The notes under the pieces: model-generated
What the model was told of the DNA's origin: nothing
The model's database searches: none
Seen by the model: the letters and a program-made list of their open reading frames with translations, nothing else
Assembly (NCBI RefSeq): GCF_000014785.1
Contig: NC_008340.1
Location: forward strand, 2,370,001 to 2,402,000
Source: Alkalilimnicola ehrlichii MLHE-1
Lineage (GTDB): Bacteria; Pseudomonadota; Gammaproteobacteria; Nitrococcales; Halorhodospiraceae
Reading direction: 5' to 3'
Length of the DNA: 32,000 nt
Made by a program: the position numbers and the translations under genes
Shown: positions 1-10,580 of the stretch, one piece after another
How positions within the stretch are numbered: the stretch's first letter is position 1
Layout: each line of letters opens with the position of its first letter

Positions 1-1
1 C

Positions 2-118
2 GGCGGCATGGGGCTGATCTCCGGACGCAAGGCCTTCCAAAAGCCGACGGACAAGGGGGTGGAGCTGCTGCACGCCATCCAGGACGTTTACCTGGACGAC
101 GCCATCACGGTGGCCTGA
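2..118 (+). CDS. Class I fructose-bisphosphate aldolase, C-terminal fragment (5' end outside window)
   Basis: Manual translation [38 protein letters not shown] resembles the C-terminus of class I FBP aldolases (GRKAFQ...GVxLLxAxQDVYLD). Confidence 0.7.
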   Translation, partial: GGMGLISGRKAFQKPTDKGVELLHAIQDVYLDDAITVA

Positions 119-129
119 CCCCGCTGGCA

Positions 130-159
130 GGCACCGCCCCGGCGCACCGGGGCGGTGCC
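130..159 (+). terminator. Strong hairpin downstream of the aldolase gene, possible terminator
   Basis: Perfect 13-bp stem GGCACCGCCCCGG / CCGGGGCGGTGCC with 4-nt loop CGCA, 11 nt after the stop codon. It lacks a clear U-tract. Confidence 0.5.
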
Positions 160-425
160 ATCCGGCGGCCCCACCGGTGGCCCTATATATAATAAGTGTC
201 GCGCTCTGTTTTAAGGCGTTTTTGCCCAACAGTTCAAACAGTTAGCGCAGACAGAAGCGCTTGCCTTTAACGGCCCCCTCCGTTATCTTGCGAGGCCGTT
301 GCCGGCACGCCTCTTTTGTGCCGACGGGACAACTCGAACAAATCATTGCCCACCTCGCCCTACAGGCGGGGCCCGGCCGGGAAGAGGGCCGGAACGGTGG
401 GCCTGCGACGGGGTAACCATCCGCC

Positions 426-2738
426 ATGCTGCTAGCCGTACTCTCGGGGTTTCTGGTGGCCATCGCCGCGCCCTGGCTGTATCAATCGCTGCAGGACCGT
501 GCCGGTTGGGTGCTGGCCTTGCTGCCGGCCGCGTTGACCGTGTATTTCGCCACCTTCCTGCCGCAGGTGATGGCCGGGGAGGCCGTGGTCATTCACTACG
601 ATTGGGTGCCGGGGCTGGAGATCAACCTCTCCTTCCTGGTGGACGGGCTGTCGTTGCTGTTCGCCCTGCTGATCAGCCTGATCGGCACCTTCATCGTGCT
701 CTACGCCAGCGCCTACCTGAAGGGCGACGAATACCTGCCGCGCTTCTATGTGCTGATCCTCGCCTTCATGGCCGCCATGCTGGGGCTGGTGCTCTCGGAC
801 AACCTGATCACCCTGTTCGTGTTCTGGGAGCTGACCAGCATTACCTCCTACATGCTGATCGGCCATAACCACGAGGACAAGGAGGCCCGCAAGTGCGCCC
901 TGCAGGGTCTGCTCGTCACCGTGGGCGGTGGGCTGGCACTGCTGGCCGGGCTGATCCTGATGGCCGGGGTGGCGGGCAGCTTCTCGCTGCACGAGATCCT
1001 CAACAGCGGTGACGTGCTCCGCGACAGCCACCTCTATCTGCCGATCCTCATCCTGGTGCTGGCGGGCTGCTTTACCAAGTCGGCCCAGGTGCCCTTCCAC
1101 TTCTGGCTGCCCAACGCCATGGCCGCGCCCACTCCGGTGTCGGCCTACCTGCACTCGGCCACCATGGTGAAGGCGGGCGTCTACCTGATGGCCCGCCTCA
1201 ACCCGAGTCTCGGCGGCACCGAGCTGTGGATGACCATCCTGCCCATCGTCGGTGCGCTGACCATGTTCACCGGCGCCTATCTGGCGGTGCGTTCCACCGG
1301 CATCAAGCGGGTGCTGGCCTATTCCACGGTCATGGCCTTGGGCACGCTGACCATGCTGGTGGGCATCGGCACCGAGACGGCCATGATCGCCTTCGCCTGC
1401 TTCCTGATGGCGCACAGCTTGTACAAGGGCGCGCTCTTCATGGTCGCCGGCGCCGTGGACCACGAGGCCGGCACCAAGGACGTGACCAAGCTGGGCGGGC
1501 TGCGGCGAAAGATGCCAGTCACCGCCACCTTTGCGGCCATCGCCGCCCTGTCGCTGGCGGGCATCCCACCGCTGTTCGGTTTCGTCGCCAAGGAGCTGAT
1601 GTTTGAATCGGTGCTGGAGGCCGGCGGCCTGGCCTTGTTCCTGTCGGTGCTGGCCATCGCCTCGGCGGTGCTGGTGATCGCGGTGGCCGCCATCGTCGCC
1701 ATCCGGCCGTTCTGGGGGCGGCTCAAGGAGACGCCAAAGAAGCCACACGAGGCGCCGCTGCCCATGCTGCTCGGCCCCATCGTGCTGGCATCGCTCTCGC
1801 TCTTTTTCGGGGTGCTGGTCTTCATCCCCGATACCCTGCTGGTCCAGGCGACGGTGCTGGCCGTGTACGGCGAGCCGGTGGAGTTCTACCTGTCCCTCTG
1901 GCACGGGATCAATGCCCCATTGTTGATGAGCCTGGCCAGCCTGCTCCTCGGTGCCCTGTTGTTCCTTAATTGGGACCGGGTGCGCGGGGCCATGGGCAAA
2001 CTGGACTGGCTCTACGACCGCGGCCCGGAGGCCGGCTACTTCAAGGTCATGGACGGGCTGGTCTGGACCGCCGACTGGCAGACCCGGGTGCTGCAGAACG
2101 GCTACCTGCGCAACTACATCCTCACCATCGTGCTTACCACCGTGGGCCTGGTGGGCTATGCGCTGTTCAGCCGCTATGACGTGAGCATGGTGGCCTTCGG
2201 TGAGATCCGGCTCCACGAGTATGCCGTGGCGGGCTTGCTGGTCGCCTCGGCCCTGTTCGCCTGTCTTACCCACTCCCGGCTGGGCGCGGTGGCCTCCGCG
2301 GGTGTCTTCGGCTTCGCCATCGCGCTGATCTTCATCCTGTTCAGCGCGCCGGACTTGGGCATCACCCAGATCCTGGTGGAGACGCTCACCGTCATCCTGC
2401 TGATCCTGGTGCTGTTCCGTCTGCCCGGGTTCATCAACTTCTCCTCGCCGGGGGCGCGCCTGCGTGATGCCGCCGTAGCCCTCTCGCTGGGCGGGCTGAT
2501 CACGCTGCTGATTCTGGCCACCGTGGAGCACCAGTTCCATCCGCCGATCTCCGAGTGGCTGATCGAGCGCAGCGTGCCGGAGGCCTACGGGCGCAACATC
2601 GTCAACGTGATCCTGGTGGACTACCGGGCGCTGGATACCCTGGGCGAGATCTTCGTGCTGGGGCTGGCCGCCATCGGCGTCTACGCCATGATCAAGTTCA
2701 AGGCCGAGGATCGCGTCAAGGACGAGAGGGAGTGCTGA
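426..2738 (+). CDS. mrpA: Na+/H+ (cation/proton) antiporter subunit A, MrpA/MnhA family
   Basis: 770 aa multi-TM protein with ND5-like motifs ([33 protein letters not shown]) and the C-terminal extension typical of MrpA. First gene of a complete A-G operon. Confidence 0.93.
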   Translation: MLLAVLSGFLVAIAAPWLYQSLQDRAGWVLALLPAALTVYFATFLPQVMAGEAVVIHYDWVPGLEINLSFLVDGLSLLFALLISLIGTFIVLYASAYLKGDEYLPRFYVLILAFMAAMLGLVLSDNLITLFVFWELTSITSYMLIGHNHEDKEARKCALQGLLVTVGGGLALLAGLILMAGVAGSFSLHEILNSGDVLRDSHLYLPILILVLAGCFTKSAQVPFHFWLPNAMAAPTPVSAYLHSATMVKAGVYLMARLNPSLGGTELWMTILPIVGALTMFTGAYLAVRSTGIKRVLAYSTVMALGTLTMLVGIGTETAMIAFACFLMAHSLYKGALFMVAGAVDHEAGTKDVTKLGGLRRKMPVTATFAAIAALSLAGIPPLFGFVAKELMFESVLEAGGLALFLSVLAIASAVLVIAVAAIVAIRPFWGRLKETPKKPHEAPLPMLLGPIVLASLSLFFGVLVFIPDTLLVQATVLAVYGEPVEFYLSLWHGINAPLLMSLASLLLGALLFLNWDRVRGAMGKLDWLYDRGPEAGYFKVMDGLVWTADWQTRVLQNGYLRNYILTIVLTTVGLVGYALFSRYDVSMVAFGEIRLHEYAVAGLLVASALFACLTHSRLGAVASAGVFGFAIALIFILFSAPDLGITQILVETLTVILLILVLFRLPGFINFSSPGARLRDAAVALSLGGLITLLILATVEHQFHPPISEWLIERSVPEAYGRNIVNVILVDYRALDTLGEIFVLGLAAIGVYAMIKFKAEDRVKDEREC

Positions 2739-2739
2739 T

Positions 2740-3162
2740 ATGGGTCATTCACTGATTCTGCAGACGGCCGCGCGCTTCCTGCTGCCCCTGCAGTTACTGT
2801 TTTCGATCTTCCTGCTGCTGCGCGGCCACGACGAACCCGGCGGCGGGTTCATCGCCGGCCTGGTGGCCGCCGGGGCATTTGCGCTCTACCTGTTCGCCTT
2901 CGGCATCCCGGCCACCAAGCAGTTGCTGCGGGTCTCACCCCAGGATCTGTTCGGCTGGGGGCTGTTCATCGGCACCCTGGCCGCGGTGCCGCCACTGTTC
3001 ATGGGGCTCCCGCTATTCACCGCCCTGTGGTGGGACGTGCCGGTGCCGATGATCGGTGAGATCAAGCTCAACACCCCGCTGCTGTTCGACATTGGGGTTT
3101 ATCTGACGGTGCTCGGCTCGGTACTGGCCATCGTCATCGCACTGGCAGAAGCGGAGGACTGA
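2740..3162 (+). CDS. mrpB: Cation/proton antiporter subunit B, MrpB/MnhB
   Basis: 140 aa; [18 protein letters not shown] motif; immediately follows mrpA. Confidence 0.92.
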   Translation: MGHSLILQTAARFLLPLQLLFSIFLLLRGHDEPGGGFIAGLVAAGAFALYLFAFGIPATKQLLRVSPQDLFGWGLFIGTLAAVPPLFMGLPLFTALWWDVPVPMIGEIKLNTPLLFDIGVYLTVLGSVLAIVIALAEAED

Positions 3163-3163
3163 C

Positions 3164-3511
3164 GTGGAACCACTACTCGCCATCGTGGTTGGGGCGTCCT
3201 ATGCCGCCGGCCTCTACATGATGCTCCGGCGCAGCCTGGTCAAACTGGTGATCGGGATCATCCTGTTCTCCAACGCCGCCAACCTGCTGTTCTTTACGTC
3301 CGCCGGCCTGACCCGCGGCGCGCCCCCCCTGGTCCCGGAGGGGATGCTGGGCCCGGAGGGCGCGGTGGCCGATCCGCTGCCCCAGGCCCTGGTGCTGACG
3401 GCCATCGTCATCGCCTTTGGCGTGCTGGCCTTTGCCGTGGTGCTGATCCACCGTGCCTACGAGGTGGTGAAGGCCGATGATCTGGACCAGATGAAGGATA
3501 CCGACACGTGA
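3164..3511 (+). CDS. mrpC: Cation/proton antiporter subunit C, MrpC/MnhC (NuoK-like)
   Basis: 115 aa, GTG start, NuoK-like membrane protein ([27 protein letters not shown]...[17 protein letters not shown]). Confidence 0.92.
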   Translation: MEPLLAIVVGASYAAGLYMMLRRSLVKLVIGIILFSNAANLLFFTSAGLTRGAPPLVPEGMLGPEGAVADPLPQALVLTAIVIAFGVLAFAVVLIHRAYEVVKADDLDQMKDTDT

Positions 3512-5013
3512 GACCCGAGGTCGCTCTTCCCATACTGATCCCGCTGCTCGCCGGCTCCTTCTCGCTGGTGGTGTGGCGCTCCGTGGTGCTGCAGCGCTGG
3601 ATCGCCGTGCTCGGCACCGGTGCCCTGCTCTATGTCAGTGTCTGGCTGCTCATGACCACCCACCGCGAAGGCCACGTGGTGATGGAAATGGGCAACTGGC
3701 CGGCGCCGTTCGGCATCGTCTTCGTCGCCGACCTGCTGGGCGCCATCATGGTGGTGCTCACCGGCATCATGGGCTTTGCCGTGGCGCTCTACTCGCTGGC
3801 CACCACCGGCAAGGGCCACGAGAAGTTCGGCTATTTCCCGCTCATGCACCTGCTGCTAGCGGGGGTGGCCGGCGCCTTCCTGACCGGCGACATCTTCAAC
3901 ATGTTCGTTTGGTTCGAGGTGATGCTGATCGCCTCCTTCGCGCTGCTCATACTCGGCGGTGAGCGGGCGCAAATGGAGGGGGCCATCAAGTACGTCACCC
4001 TGAACCTGATCTCCTCCATGATCTTCCTCACCGCCATCGGGCTGCTCTACGGCTTGGTGGGCACACTGAACATGGCGGATATCGCCTACAAGCTGCAGGA
4101 GGTGGAGGAGCCCGGTCTGGTCACCGTGATCGGGATGCTATTCATGATCTCCTTCGGGGTGAAGGCCGGTGCCTTCCCGCTCTTCTTCTGGCTGCCGGCC
4201 TCCTACCACACCCCGCCGGTGGCGGTCTCGGCGCTGTTCGCCGGCCTGCTCACCAAGGTGGGTGTCTACGCCTTGTTCCGGGTGTTCACGCTGATCTTCA
4301 ACCAGGACGTGGAGTTCACCCACAACATCCTGCTATGGGGCGCGGCGCTGACCATGCTCACCGGTGTGCTGGGCGCGGCCGCACAGTTCGAATTCCGCCG
4401 CATCCTGAGCTTCCACATCATCAGTCAGATCGGCTACATGATCATGGGTGTGGCGCTGTACACACCGCTGGCCATCGTCGGCGGGGTGTTCTACATCATG
4501 CACCACATCATCGTGAAGACGAACCTGTTCCTGGTGGCGGGCGTGGCCTACCGTCTGCTGGGCAGTTACGAGCTGAAGGACCTGGGCGGGCTCTATCGCA
4601 AGCGGCCCTTCCTGGGCGTGTTATTCCTCATCCCGGCACTTTCGCTGGCCGGGCTGCCGCCGCTCTCCGGCTTCTTTGCCAAGTTTGTCATCATCCGCGC
4701 CGGTCTTGAGGCCGAGGAGTGGGTGGTCACCGGTATCGCCCTGCTGGTGGGCCTGTTGACGCTCTACTCCATGATCAAGATCTGGGCCGAGGCGTTCTGG
4801 AAGGCGGTGCCCGAGCACAACCAGAACGCCCACCGACTGGAGAGCCAGGACACCCAGTTGTGGCTGATGTACACACCGATCATCGGCCTGGCGCTGTGCA
4901 CGCTGTTCATCGGCCTTTACGGCCAGCCCATCTACGAGCTGGCGGCCGCCTCCGCCGAGCAGCTGATCGACCCGAGCCAGTACATTGAAGCCGTTCTGGG
5001 GGTGCAGCCATGA
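3508..5013 (+). CDS. mrpD: Cation/proton antiporter subunit D, MrpD/MnhD
   Basis: 501 aa ND4/ND2-like antiporter subunit ([56 protein letters not shown]). Overlaps mrpC by 4 nt. Confidence 0.93.
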   Translation: MRPEVALPILIPLLAGSFSLVVWRSVVLQRWIAVLGTGALLYVSVWLLMTTHREGHVVMEMGNWPAPFGIVFVADLLGAIMVVLTGIMGFAVALYSLATTGKGHEKFGYFPLMHLLLAGVAGAFLTGDIFNMFVWFEVMLIASFALLILGGERAQMEGAIKYVTLNLISSMIFLTAIGLLYGLVGTLNMADIAYKLQEVEEPGLVTVIGMLFMISFGVKAGAFPLFFWLPASYHTPPVAVSALFAGLLTKVGVYALFRVFTLIFNQDVEFTHNILLWGAALTMLTGVLGAAAQFEFRRILSFHIISQIGYMIMGVALYTPLAIVGGVFYIMHHIIVKTNLFLVAGVAYRLLGSYELKDLGGLYRKRPFLGVLFLIPALSLAGLPPLSGFFAKFVIIRAGLEAEEWVVTGIALLVGLLTLYSMIKIWAEAFWKAVPEHNQNAHRLESQDTQLWLMYTPIIGLALCTLFIGLYGQPIYELAAASAEQLIDPSQYIEAVLGVQP

Positions 5014-5489
5014 TCGGATTTGCCTGGAATATCCTGCTCGGCCTCGCCTGGGTGGCGCTGACCGGAAACTTCAGCGGCCCCAACCTGTTTTTGGGCCTGC
5101 TGCTGGGTTACCTGGCACTGGCCATGATTCAGTCCCAGCTACCGATCCTGCAGGGCTACGCCCAGCGCGCACCACGGGTGATCGGCTTCGTCTTCTTCTT
5201 CATCGGTGAACTGATCAAGGCCAACATGCGCGTGGCCCAGGACGTGATCCGCCCGGAGATGGAAAAGGCCATCTCCCCCGGCGTGATCGCCTTCCCGCTG
5301 GAGGCCCGCAGCGATGTGGAGATCACCTTCCTGGCCAACGCCATCTCCCTGACACCGGGGACGCTGAGCCTGGACGTCTCCGATGACCGGCGGGTGCTCT
5401 ATATCCACGCCATGTACATGGCCGACGAGGCCGCTCTGCTGGACGACATCAAGAACATGGAGCGCCGGGTCCTCAGGATCCTGCGTTGA
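5010..5489 (+). CDS. mrpE: Cation/proton antiporter subunit E, MrpE/MnhE
   Basis: 159 aa; MrpE-like (FFFIGELIKANMRVAQDVI...LTPGTLSLDVSDD). ATGA overlap with mrpD. Confidence 0.9.
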   Translation: MIGFAWNILLGLAWVALTGNFSGPNLFLGLLLGYLALAMIQSQLPILQGYAQRAPRVIGFVFFFIGELIKANMRVAQDVIRPEMEKAISPGVIAFPLEARSDVEITFLANAISLTPGTLSLDVSDDRRVLYIHAMYMADEAALLDDIKNMERRVLRILR

Positions 5490-5500
5490 GGTGAGCCGGA

Positions 5501-5773
5501 ATGCTGGATACCGTGATCGTCATCGTTTACCTGATGCTCGCAACGGCGCTCATCCTGAGCTTCGTGCGGCTGGCCAAGGGCCCGAGCCTGCCCGACCGAG
5601 TAGTGGCCCTGGAGCTGGTGGCCTCCATCGTCATGGGCATGATCGCCGTCTACACCATCGACACCGGCGTGGACAAATTCCTGGATGTCGCCGTGGTAAT
5701 GGCCCTGATGGCCTTCCTCGCCGCCATCGGCTTTGCCCGCTACCTTGAGAAGGGAGGTGAGCGCGATGACTGA
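5501..5773 (+). CDS. mrpF: Cation/proton antiporter subunit F, MrpF/MnhF
   Basis: 90 aa; RLAKGPSLPDRVVALELVASIVMGMIAVYTIDTG...LAAIGFARYLEKG. Confidence 0.9.
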   Translation: MLDTVIVIVYLMLATALILSFVRLAKGPSLPDRVVALELVASIVMGMIAVYTIDTGVDKFLDVAVVMALMAFLAAIGFARYLEKGGERDD

Positions 5774-6185
5774 ATTCCTTTCCACCCTGTCCACCCTGTT
5801 GGTGGCCCTGCTGCTGTTGGCTGGCGGGGGGTTCATGATCCTGGCGGCGGTGGGCATCCTCCGCCTGCCCGACCTGCCCACCCGGATGCACGCCTCCACC
5901 AAGGCCGGTGCGCTGGGCGCCAGCCTCACCATGCTCGCCGTGGCCTTTTACCTGCCCGAGGGGGCGATCGTGGCGCGGGCGCTGGCCGTTATCGTCTTCA
6001 TCCTGCTCACCGCACCGGTGGCGGCGCACGTCATCGGCCGCGCCGGCTACTTCGTCGGCGTACCACTCTGGGAGGGCACGGTGAAAGACGAACTAAAAAA
6101 GCACTACGACCCGGAGAGTCACGGCCTGGAGAGCGGGTTCGAAGGCCCTCCGGGCGAGACCGGCACTGAGCCTCGCCGCGACTGA
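5766..6185 (+). CDS. mrpG: Cation/proton antiporter subunit G, MrpG/MnhG
   Basis: [51 protein letters not shown] is typical MrpG. The track ORF begins at 5733, but the ATG at 5766 sits in the usual 8-nt overlap with mrpF. Confidence 0.9.
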   Translation: MTEFLSTLSTLLVALLLLAGGGFMILAAVGILRLPDLPTRMHASTKAGALGASLTMLAVAFYLPEGAIVARALAVIVFILLTAPVAAHVIGRAGYFVGVPLWEGTVKDELKKHYDPESHGLESGFEGPPGETGTEPRRD

Positions 6186-6198
6186 GCCGCTGATAGAT

Positions 6199-7056
6199 AT
6201 GTGCCCAACCAACGTCAGACCTCAGCCCCCGGCCGCCGAGCAGATCCAGGCCGACGTCACCCGGGCGCTGGAGGAGGACCTTGGAACCGGCGATGTCACC
6301 GCCGAGCTGGTGCCACGAAACGCCTGGGCCCAGGGTCAGGTGATCTGCCGCGAGCAGGCGGTGCTCTGCGGCCACCACTGGTTCGACGAGGTCTTTCGCC
6401 AACTGGACGACCGGGTGGAGATCCACTGGGCCGCCGGCGAGGGCCAGCGCCTGACCCCGGACCAGCCGGTCTGCACCTTCGCCGGGCCGGCGCGGGCGCT
6501 GCTCTCCGGTGAGCGCACGGCGCTGAACTTCCTCCAGACCCTGTCCGCTACCGCCACCCAGGCCCGGCACTTCGTCGACCTCGTGGCCGGCACCCATGCC
6601 CGCATACTGGACACCCGCAAGACCCTGCCCGGCCTCCGTGCCGCGCAGAAGTACGCCACCCGCTGCGGCGGCGCCCTCAACCACCGCCAGGGACTGTACG
6701 ACGCCATTCTGATCAAGGAGAACCACATCCTGGCCTGTGGCTCCATCGCCGCCGCCGTGGCCGCCGCCCGCGAGCGTGCGCCGGAGTTGCCGGTGGAAGT
6801 GGAGGTGGAGACCCTGCAGGAGCTGGAACAGGCCCTGGCCGCCGAAGCCGACACCATCATGCTCGACAACTTCAGTCTGGCCGACGTGGAGCGCGCCGTT
6901 GCCCTCACCGCGCGGCGCTCGAAGCTGGAGGCCTCCGGCAACCTGGGCGAGCAGGGACTGCGCGAGCTGGCCGGCACCGGGGTGGACTACATCTCCATCG
7001 GTGCGATCACCAAGCACGTGCGCGCCGTGGACTATTCGCTGCGTCTCAGGCTCTAG
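6199..7056 (+). CDS. nadC: Nicotinate-nucleotide pyrophosphorylase (carboxylating)
   Basis: 285 aa; motifs [75 protein letters not shown]. Confidence 0.95.
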   Translation: MCPTNVRPQPPAAEQIQADVTRALEEDLGTGDVTAELVPRNAWAQGQVICREQAVLCGHHWFDEVFRQLDDRVEIHWAAGEGQRLTPDQPVCTFAGPARALLSGERTALNFLQTLSATATQARHFVDLVAGTHARILDTRKTLPGLRAAQKYATRCGGALNHRQGLYDAILIKENHILACGSIAAAVAAARERAPELPVEVEVETLQELEQALAAEADTIMLDNFSLADVERAVALTARRSKLEASGNLGEQGLRELAGTGVDYISIGAITKHVRAVDYSLRLRL

Positions 7057-7064
7057 GCCCCGCC

Positions 7065-7223
7065 ATGCGCACCCTGCTCATTGGCGTCATCTTCATCCTG
7101 CTGTTGCTCATCGCCGCCGAGTTCCTGATGGCCAACGACCGGCGCAGCGCTGCCCGCGTGCTGCGCTGGACGGCCGTGGCGGTCGCCGTGCTGCTGGCGG
7201 CCGGGCTGCTCACCTGGGTTTAG
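7065..7223 (+). CDS. Small membrane protein of unknown function
   Basis: Manual translation [52 protein letters not shown] (52 aa). Two predicted TM segments, 8 nt after nadC stop. No independent support for expression. Confidence 0.45.
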   Translation: MRTLLIGVIFILLLLIAAEFLMANDRRSAARVLRWTAVAVAVLLAAGLLTWV

Positions 7224-7240
7224 CCCACCGCCACCCGGTC

Positions 7241-7269
7241 TTGGAATACCCGCGCCCCTGGCTGATAAT
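7241..7269 (+). promoter_or_regulatory. Putative sigma70 promoter for ettA
   Basis: TTGGAA (7241-7246), 17-nt spacer, GATAAT (7264-7269), about 75 nt upstream of the ettA start codon. Confidence 0.45.
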
Positions 7270-7345
7270 GCCCGGTTCACACCAACCCCTGGAGTCCGGA
7301 CCGCCCCGTGGCGGGCCCGGCTCACCAGCAACCGGACGGAGTCCC

Positions 7346-9013
7346 ATGGCGCAGTACATCTACACCATGAACCGGGTGAGCAAGATCGTGCCGCCCAAGA
7401 AGACCATCCTTAAGGACATCTCGCTGTCCTTCTTCCCGGGCGCCAAGATCGGCGTGCTGGGGCTCAACGGCTCCGGCAAATCCACCCTGCTGCGGATCAT
7501 GGCCGGTGTGGACCAGGAGTTCGAGGGTGAGGCCCGCGCCCAGCCTGGCACCAAGATCGGCTACCTCCCGCAGGAGCCCCAGCTGGACGACAGCAAGGAT
7601 GTGCGGGGCAACGTCGAGGAGGGCGTGGCCGAGATCAAGGCACTGTTGACCCGCTTCGACGAGATCTCCGCGAAGTTTGCCGAGCCGGACGCCGATTTTG
7701 AGGCACTGATGGCCGAGCAGGCCAAGCTCCAGGACCGTATCGATGCCACCGGTGCCTGGGAGCTGGAACGCAAGCTCGAACAAGCCGCCGACGCCCTCCG
7801 GCTGCCACCCTGGGAGGCGGACGTCAGCAAGCTATCCGGCGGTGAGCGCCGCCGTGTGGCGCTCTGCCGCCTGCTGCTCTCGGCCCCTGACATGCTCCTG
7901 CTGGACGAGCCCACCAACCACCTGGACGCCGAATCGGTGGCCTGGCTGGAGCGGTTCCTGGCGGAGTTCCCGGGCACCGTGGTGGCCGTCACCCACGACC
8001 GCTACTTCCTTGATAATGTCGCCGGCTGGATCCTGGAGCTGGACCGCGGCCACGGCATCCCCTGGGAGGGCAACTACAGCTCCTGGCTGGAGCAGAAGGA
8101 GAAGCGCCTGGAGCAGGAGGCCAAACAGGAGGCCGCCCACCGCCGCAGCATGAAGGCCGAGCTGGAGTGGGTGCGCAGCAACCCCAAGGGCCGCCAGGCC
8201 AAGAGCAAGGCGCGCCTGGCCCGCTTCGAGGAGCTACAGAGCCAGGAGTTCCAGAAGCGCAACGAGACCCAGGAGCTCTACATCCCGCCGGGTCCGCGCC
8301 TGGGCAACAAGGTCATCATCGCCGATGGCGTCAGCAAGGCCTTTGGCGATCAGCTGCTGTATGAGGACCTGAGCTTCAACCTGCCCCCGGGCGGCATCGT
8401 GGGCATCATCGGCCCCAATGGGGCCGGTAAGACGACGCTGTTCCGCATGATCACCGGTCAGGACGAGCCGGACAGCGGCCGCATTGAGGTCGGGGACACA
8501 GTGGAACTCGCCTACGTGGACCAGTCCCGCGACAGCCTGGATGGCAGCAAGACCGTCTGGGAAGAGATCTCCGACGGTCTGGATATCATCAAGGTGGGCA
8601 AATACGAGACCCCGTCCCGCGCCTACGTGGGCCGGTTCAACTTCAAGGGCTCGGACCAGCAGAAGTACATCGGGGATCTGTCCGGCGGTGAGCGTAACCG
8701 CGTGCACCTGGCCAAGCTGCTCCGCAGCGGCGGCAATACCCTGCTGTTGGACGAGCCCACCAACGACCTGGACGTGGAGACCCTGCGCGCCCTGGAAGAG
8801 GCCCTGCTCGCCTTCCCCGGCTGCGCCATGGTCATCTCCCACGACCGTTGGTTCCTGGACCGGATCGCCACCCACATCCTCGCCTTTGAGGGCGACAGCC
8901 AGGTGACCTGGTTCGAGGGGAACTACCAGGAGTACGAGGCGGACCGCAAGAAGCGGCTGGGCGACGAGGCCCTCAACCCCCACCGTATCAAGTACCGGCG
9001 ATTGGGGACCTGA
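7346..9013 (+). CDS. ettA: Energy-dependent translational throttle protein EttA (ABC-F family)
   Basis: 555 aa from ATG 7346: [49 protein letters not shown]. Two ABC domains ([30 protein letters not shown]). Confidence 0.95.
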   Translation: MAQYIYTMNRVSKIVPPKKTILKDISLSFFPGAKIGVLGLNGSGKSTLLRIMAGVDQEFEGEARAQPGTKIGYLPQEPQLDDSKDVRGNVEEGVAEIKALLTRFDEISAKFAEPDADFEALMAEQAKLQDRIDATGAWELERKLEQAADALRLPPWEADVSKLSGGERRRVALCRLLLSAPDMLLLDEPTNHLDAESVAWLERFLAEFPGTVVAVTHDRYFLDNVAGWILELDRGHGIPWEGNYSSWLEQKEKRLEQEAKQEAAHRRSMKAELEWVRSNPKGRQAKSKARLARFEELQSQEFQKRNETQELYIPPGPRLGNKVIIADGVSKAFGDQLLYEDLSFNLPPGGIVGIIGPNGAGKTTLFRMITGQDEPDSGRIEVGDTVELAYVDQSRDSLDGSKTVWEEISDGLDIIKVGKYETPSRAYVGRFNFKGSDQQKYIGDLSGGERNRVHLAKLLRSGGNTLLLDEPTNDLDVETLRALEEALLAFPGCAMVISHDRWFLDRIATHILAFEGDSQVTWFEGNYQEYEADRKKRLGDEALNPHRIKYRRLGT

Positions 9014-9260
9014 CGGTGGCATGGCCGGCGCCATGCCCTCGCGCCGGGCGCCGGCCGTCCCATCTGACCACGCCCCGGACCGTCCCTGGTCCGAGGTCGG
9101 GGGTCGCTGCCGCCGGGTGGTTCAGTGTGCCTGATGGATCTTCTCGCGGTTCAGTGTGCGGCTCCACGGCAGGCCGCACTCGGCTCAACGGCGGGCGTGA
9201 TGTGGTATAACGCTGGGGCGAAACAACCCGGTCAAAAACACAACCCCATCGAGCCCCGCC

Positions 9261-10130
9261 ATGAGTGATACCGCCAGTCGCACCGCCATCCTGCTCATCC
9301 ACTGCCCGGATCGGCGCGGCATCGTCGCCGCCATCAGCCGCTTCCTGTCGGAACACGGCGGCAACATTGTCGACCTGGACCAGCACGTGGATGTGGAACA
9401 GGGCGTCTTCTTTATGCGGGCCGAATGGGAGTTGAAGGGGTTTGCCCTACCCGCCGACGGTATCGCCGAGGCCTTCCGCCGGCAGCTGGCCGAGCCCTTC
9501 GAGATGACCTGGCGGCTGCACTTCTCGGATGAACGGCCGCGCATGGCGCTCTTCGTCTCGCGGCTGGCGCACTGCCTTTACGACCTGCTGGCCCGCTGGC
9601 AAACCGGCGAGCTGGCGGTGGACATCCCCCTGATCATCAGCAACCACCCGGACCTGCGACCGGTGGCCGAGCGCTTCGGCATCGACTACTACCACCTGCC
9701 GGTCACGCCGGACACCAAGGCCAAGGTGGAACGCCAACAGAACGACCTGCTGGCCGAGTACCGGGTCGACTTCGCGGTGCTGGCCCGCTACATGCAGATC
9801 CTGTCGGCCGATTTCATCCACGCCTGGCCGGAGCGCATTATCAACATCCACCACTCCTTCCTGCCGGCCTTCGCCGGGGCCCGGCCCTACCACGCGGCCC
9901 ATGAGCGCGGGGTGAAGATCATCGGTGCCACCAGCCATTACGTCACCGAGGACCTGGACGCCGGCCCGATCATTGAGCAGGACGTCACCCGGGTGACGCA
10001 CCGCGACGCGGTCAGCGACCTGGTGCGCAAGGGGCGTGACCTGGAGCAGCTGGTGCTGGCACGTGCCGTATGGCTGCATGTGCAACGCAAGACCTTGGTC
10101 TACCAGAACCGCACGGTGGTGTTCGACTGA
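9261..10130 (+). CDS. purU: Formyltetrahydrofolate deformylase
   Basis: 289 aa; N-terminal ACT-like domain plus formyltransferase fold motifs (ERIINIHHSFLPAFAGARPYHAAHERGVKIIGATSHYVTEDLDAGPIIEQDV). Confidence 0.94.
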   Translation: MSDTASRTAILLIHCPDRRGIVAAISRFLSEHGGNIVDLDQHVDVEQGVFFMRAEWELKGFALPADGIAEAFRRQLAEPFEMTWRLHFSDERPRMALFVSRLAHCLYDLLARWQTGELAVDIPLIISNHPDLRPVAERFGIDYYHLPVTPDTKAKVERQQNDLLAEYRVDFAVLARYMQILSADFIHAWPERIINIHHSFLPAFAGARPYHAAHERGVKIIGATSHYVTEDLDAGPIIEQDVTRVTHRDAVSDLVRKGRDLEQLVLARAVWLHVQRKTLVYQNRTVVFD

Positions 10131-10235
10131 GCCTGAATCGGGAAATATGCGCGGCTGTTGTCTACCTTTGGGAGTAACGGCCTCCGGGCCGTTGGGTCCG
10201 CTGACGAACACCCCCACTCCGAGAGGAACGCATTT

Positions 10236-10451
10236 ATGGCACAGACCGTGACCGCTGCATACGAGAGCGAAGAGGCCGCCCGCAATGCGGTCGATGAACT
10301 GATCTCCGATGGTTATGACCAGGAGAAGGTCTTTCTCGACAAGGAGAACATCCAGGTGAAGGTGATGGTGCCGGACAGTGGGCAGCGCGAGGCCGAGGAG
10401 ATCCTCAAGCGCCATAGCCCGAAAGATGTCTGGGCCCGCCCCGTCCAATAA
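10236..10451 (+). CDS. Small conserved-looking hypothetical protein (stress/GlsB-YsnF-like N-terminal domain possible)
   Basis: MAQTVTAAYESEEAARNAVDELISDGYDQEKVFLDKENIQVKVMVPDSGQREAEEILKRHSPKDVWARPVQ* (71 aa). GAGAGGAACG ribosome-binding region upstream. Confidence 0.6.
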   Translation: MAQTVTAAYESEEAARNAVDELISDGYDQEKVFLDKENIQVKVMVPDSGQREAEEILKRHSPKDVWARPVQ

Positions 10452-10580
10452 TCCAGCCTAAGAAGGGACGCCCCTGGCGGTACACAGACACCGGCAGGGG
10501 CGCTTGCAGGACCCGGGACCACCCGGCCCTGATGGCGACGGGCCCATAGGTCTGCTTTTTAGGGGTCTATTTCTCGGGGG

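Noticed and set aside
432-2540. 702-aa minus-strand ORF antisense to mrpA (and similar 12299-14326, 15742-17058, 18715-19815, 29272-30231 ORFs).
   Set aside because: Low-complexity Q/H/G/R-rich translations mirroring confident genes on the other strand. This is the usual shadow-ORF effect of high-GC codon bias.
9119-9159. Direct repeat GGTTCAGTGTGC (9119-9130 and 9148-9159) before purU.
   Set aside because: Only two 12-nt copies with no symmetry or known motif. Most likely a small local duplication.
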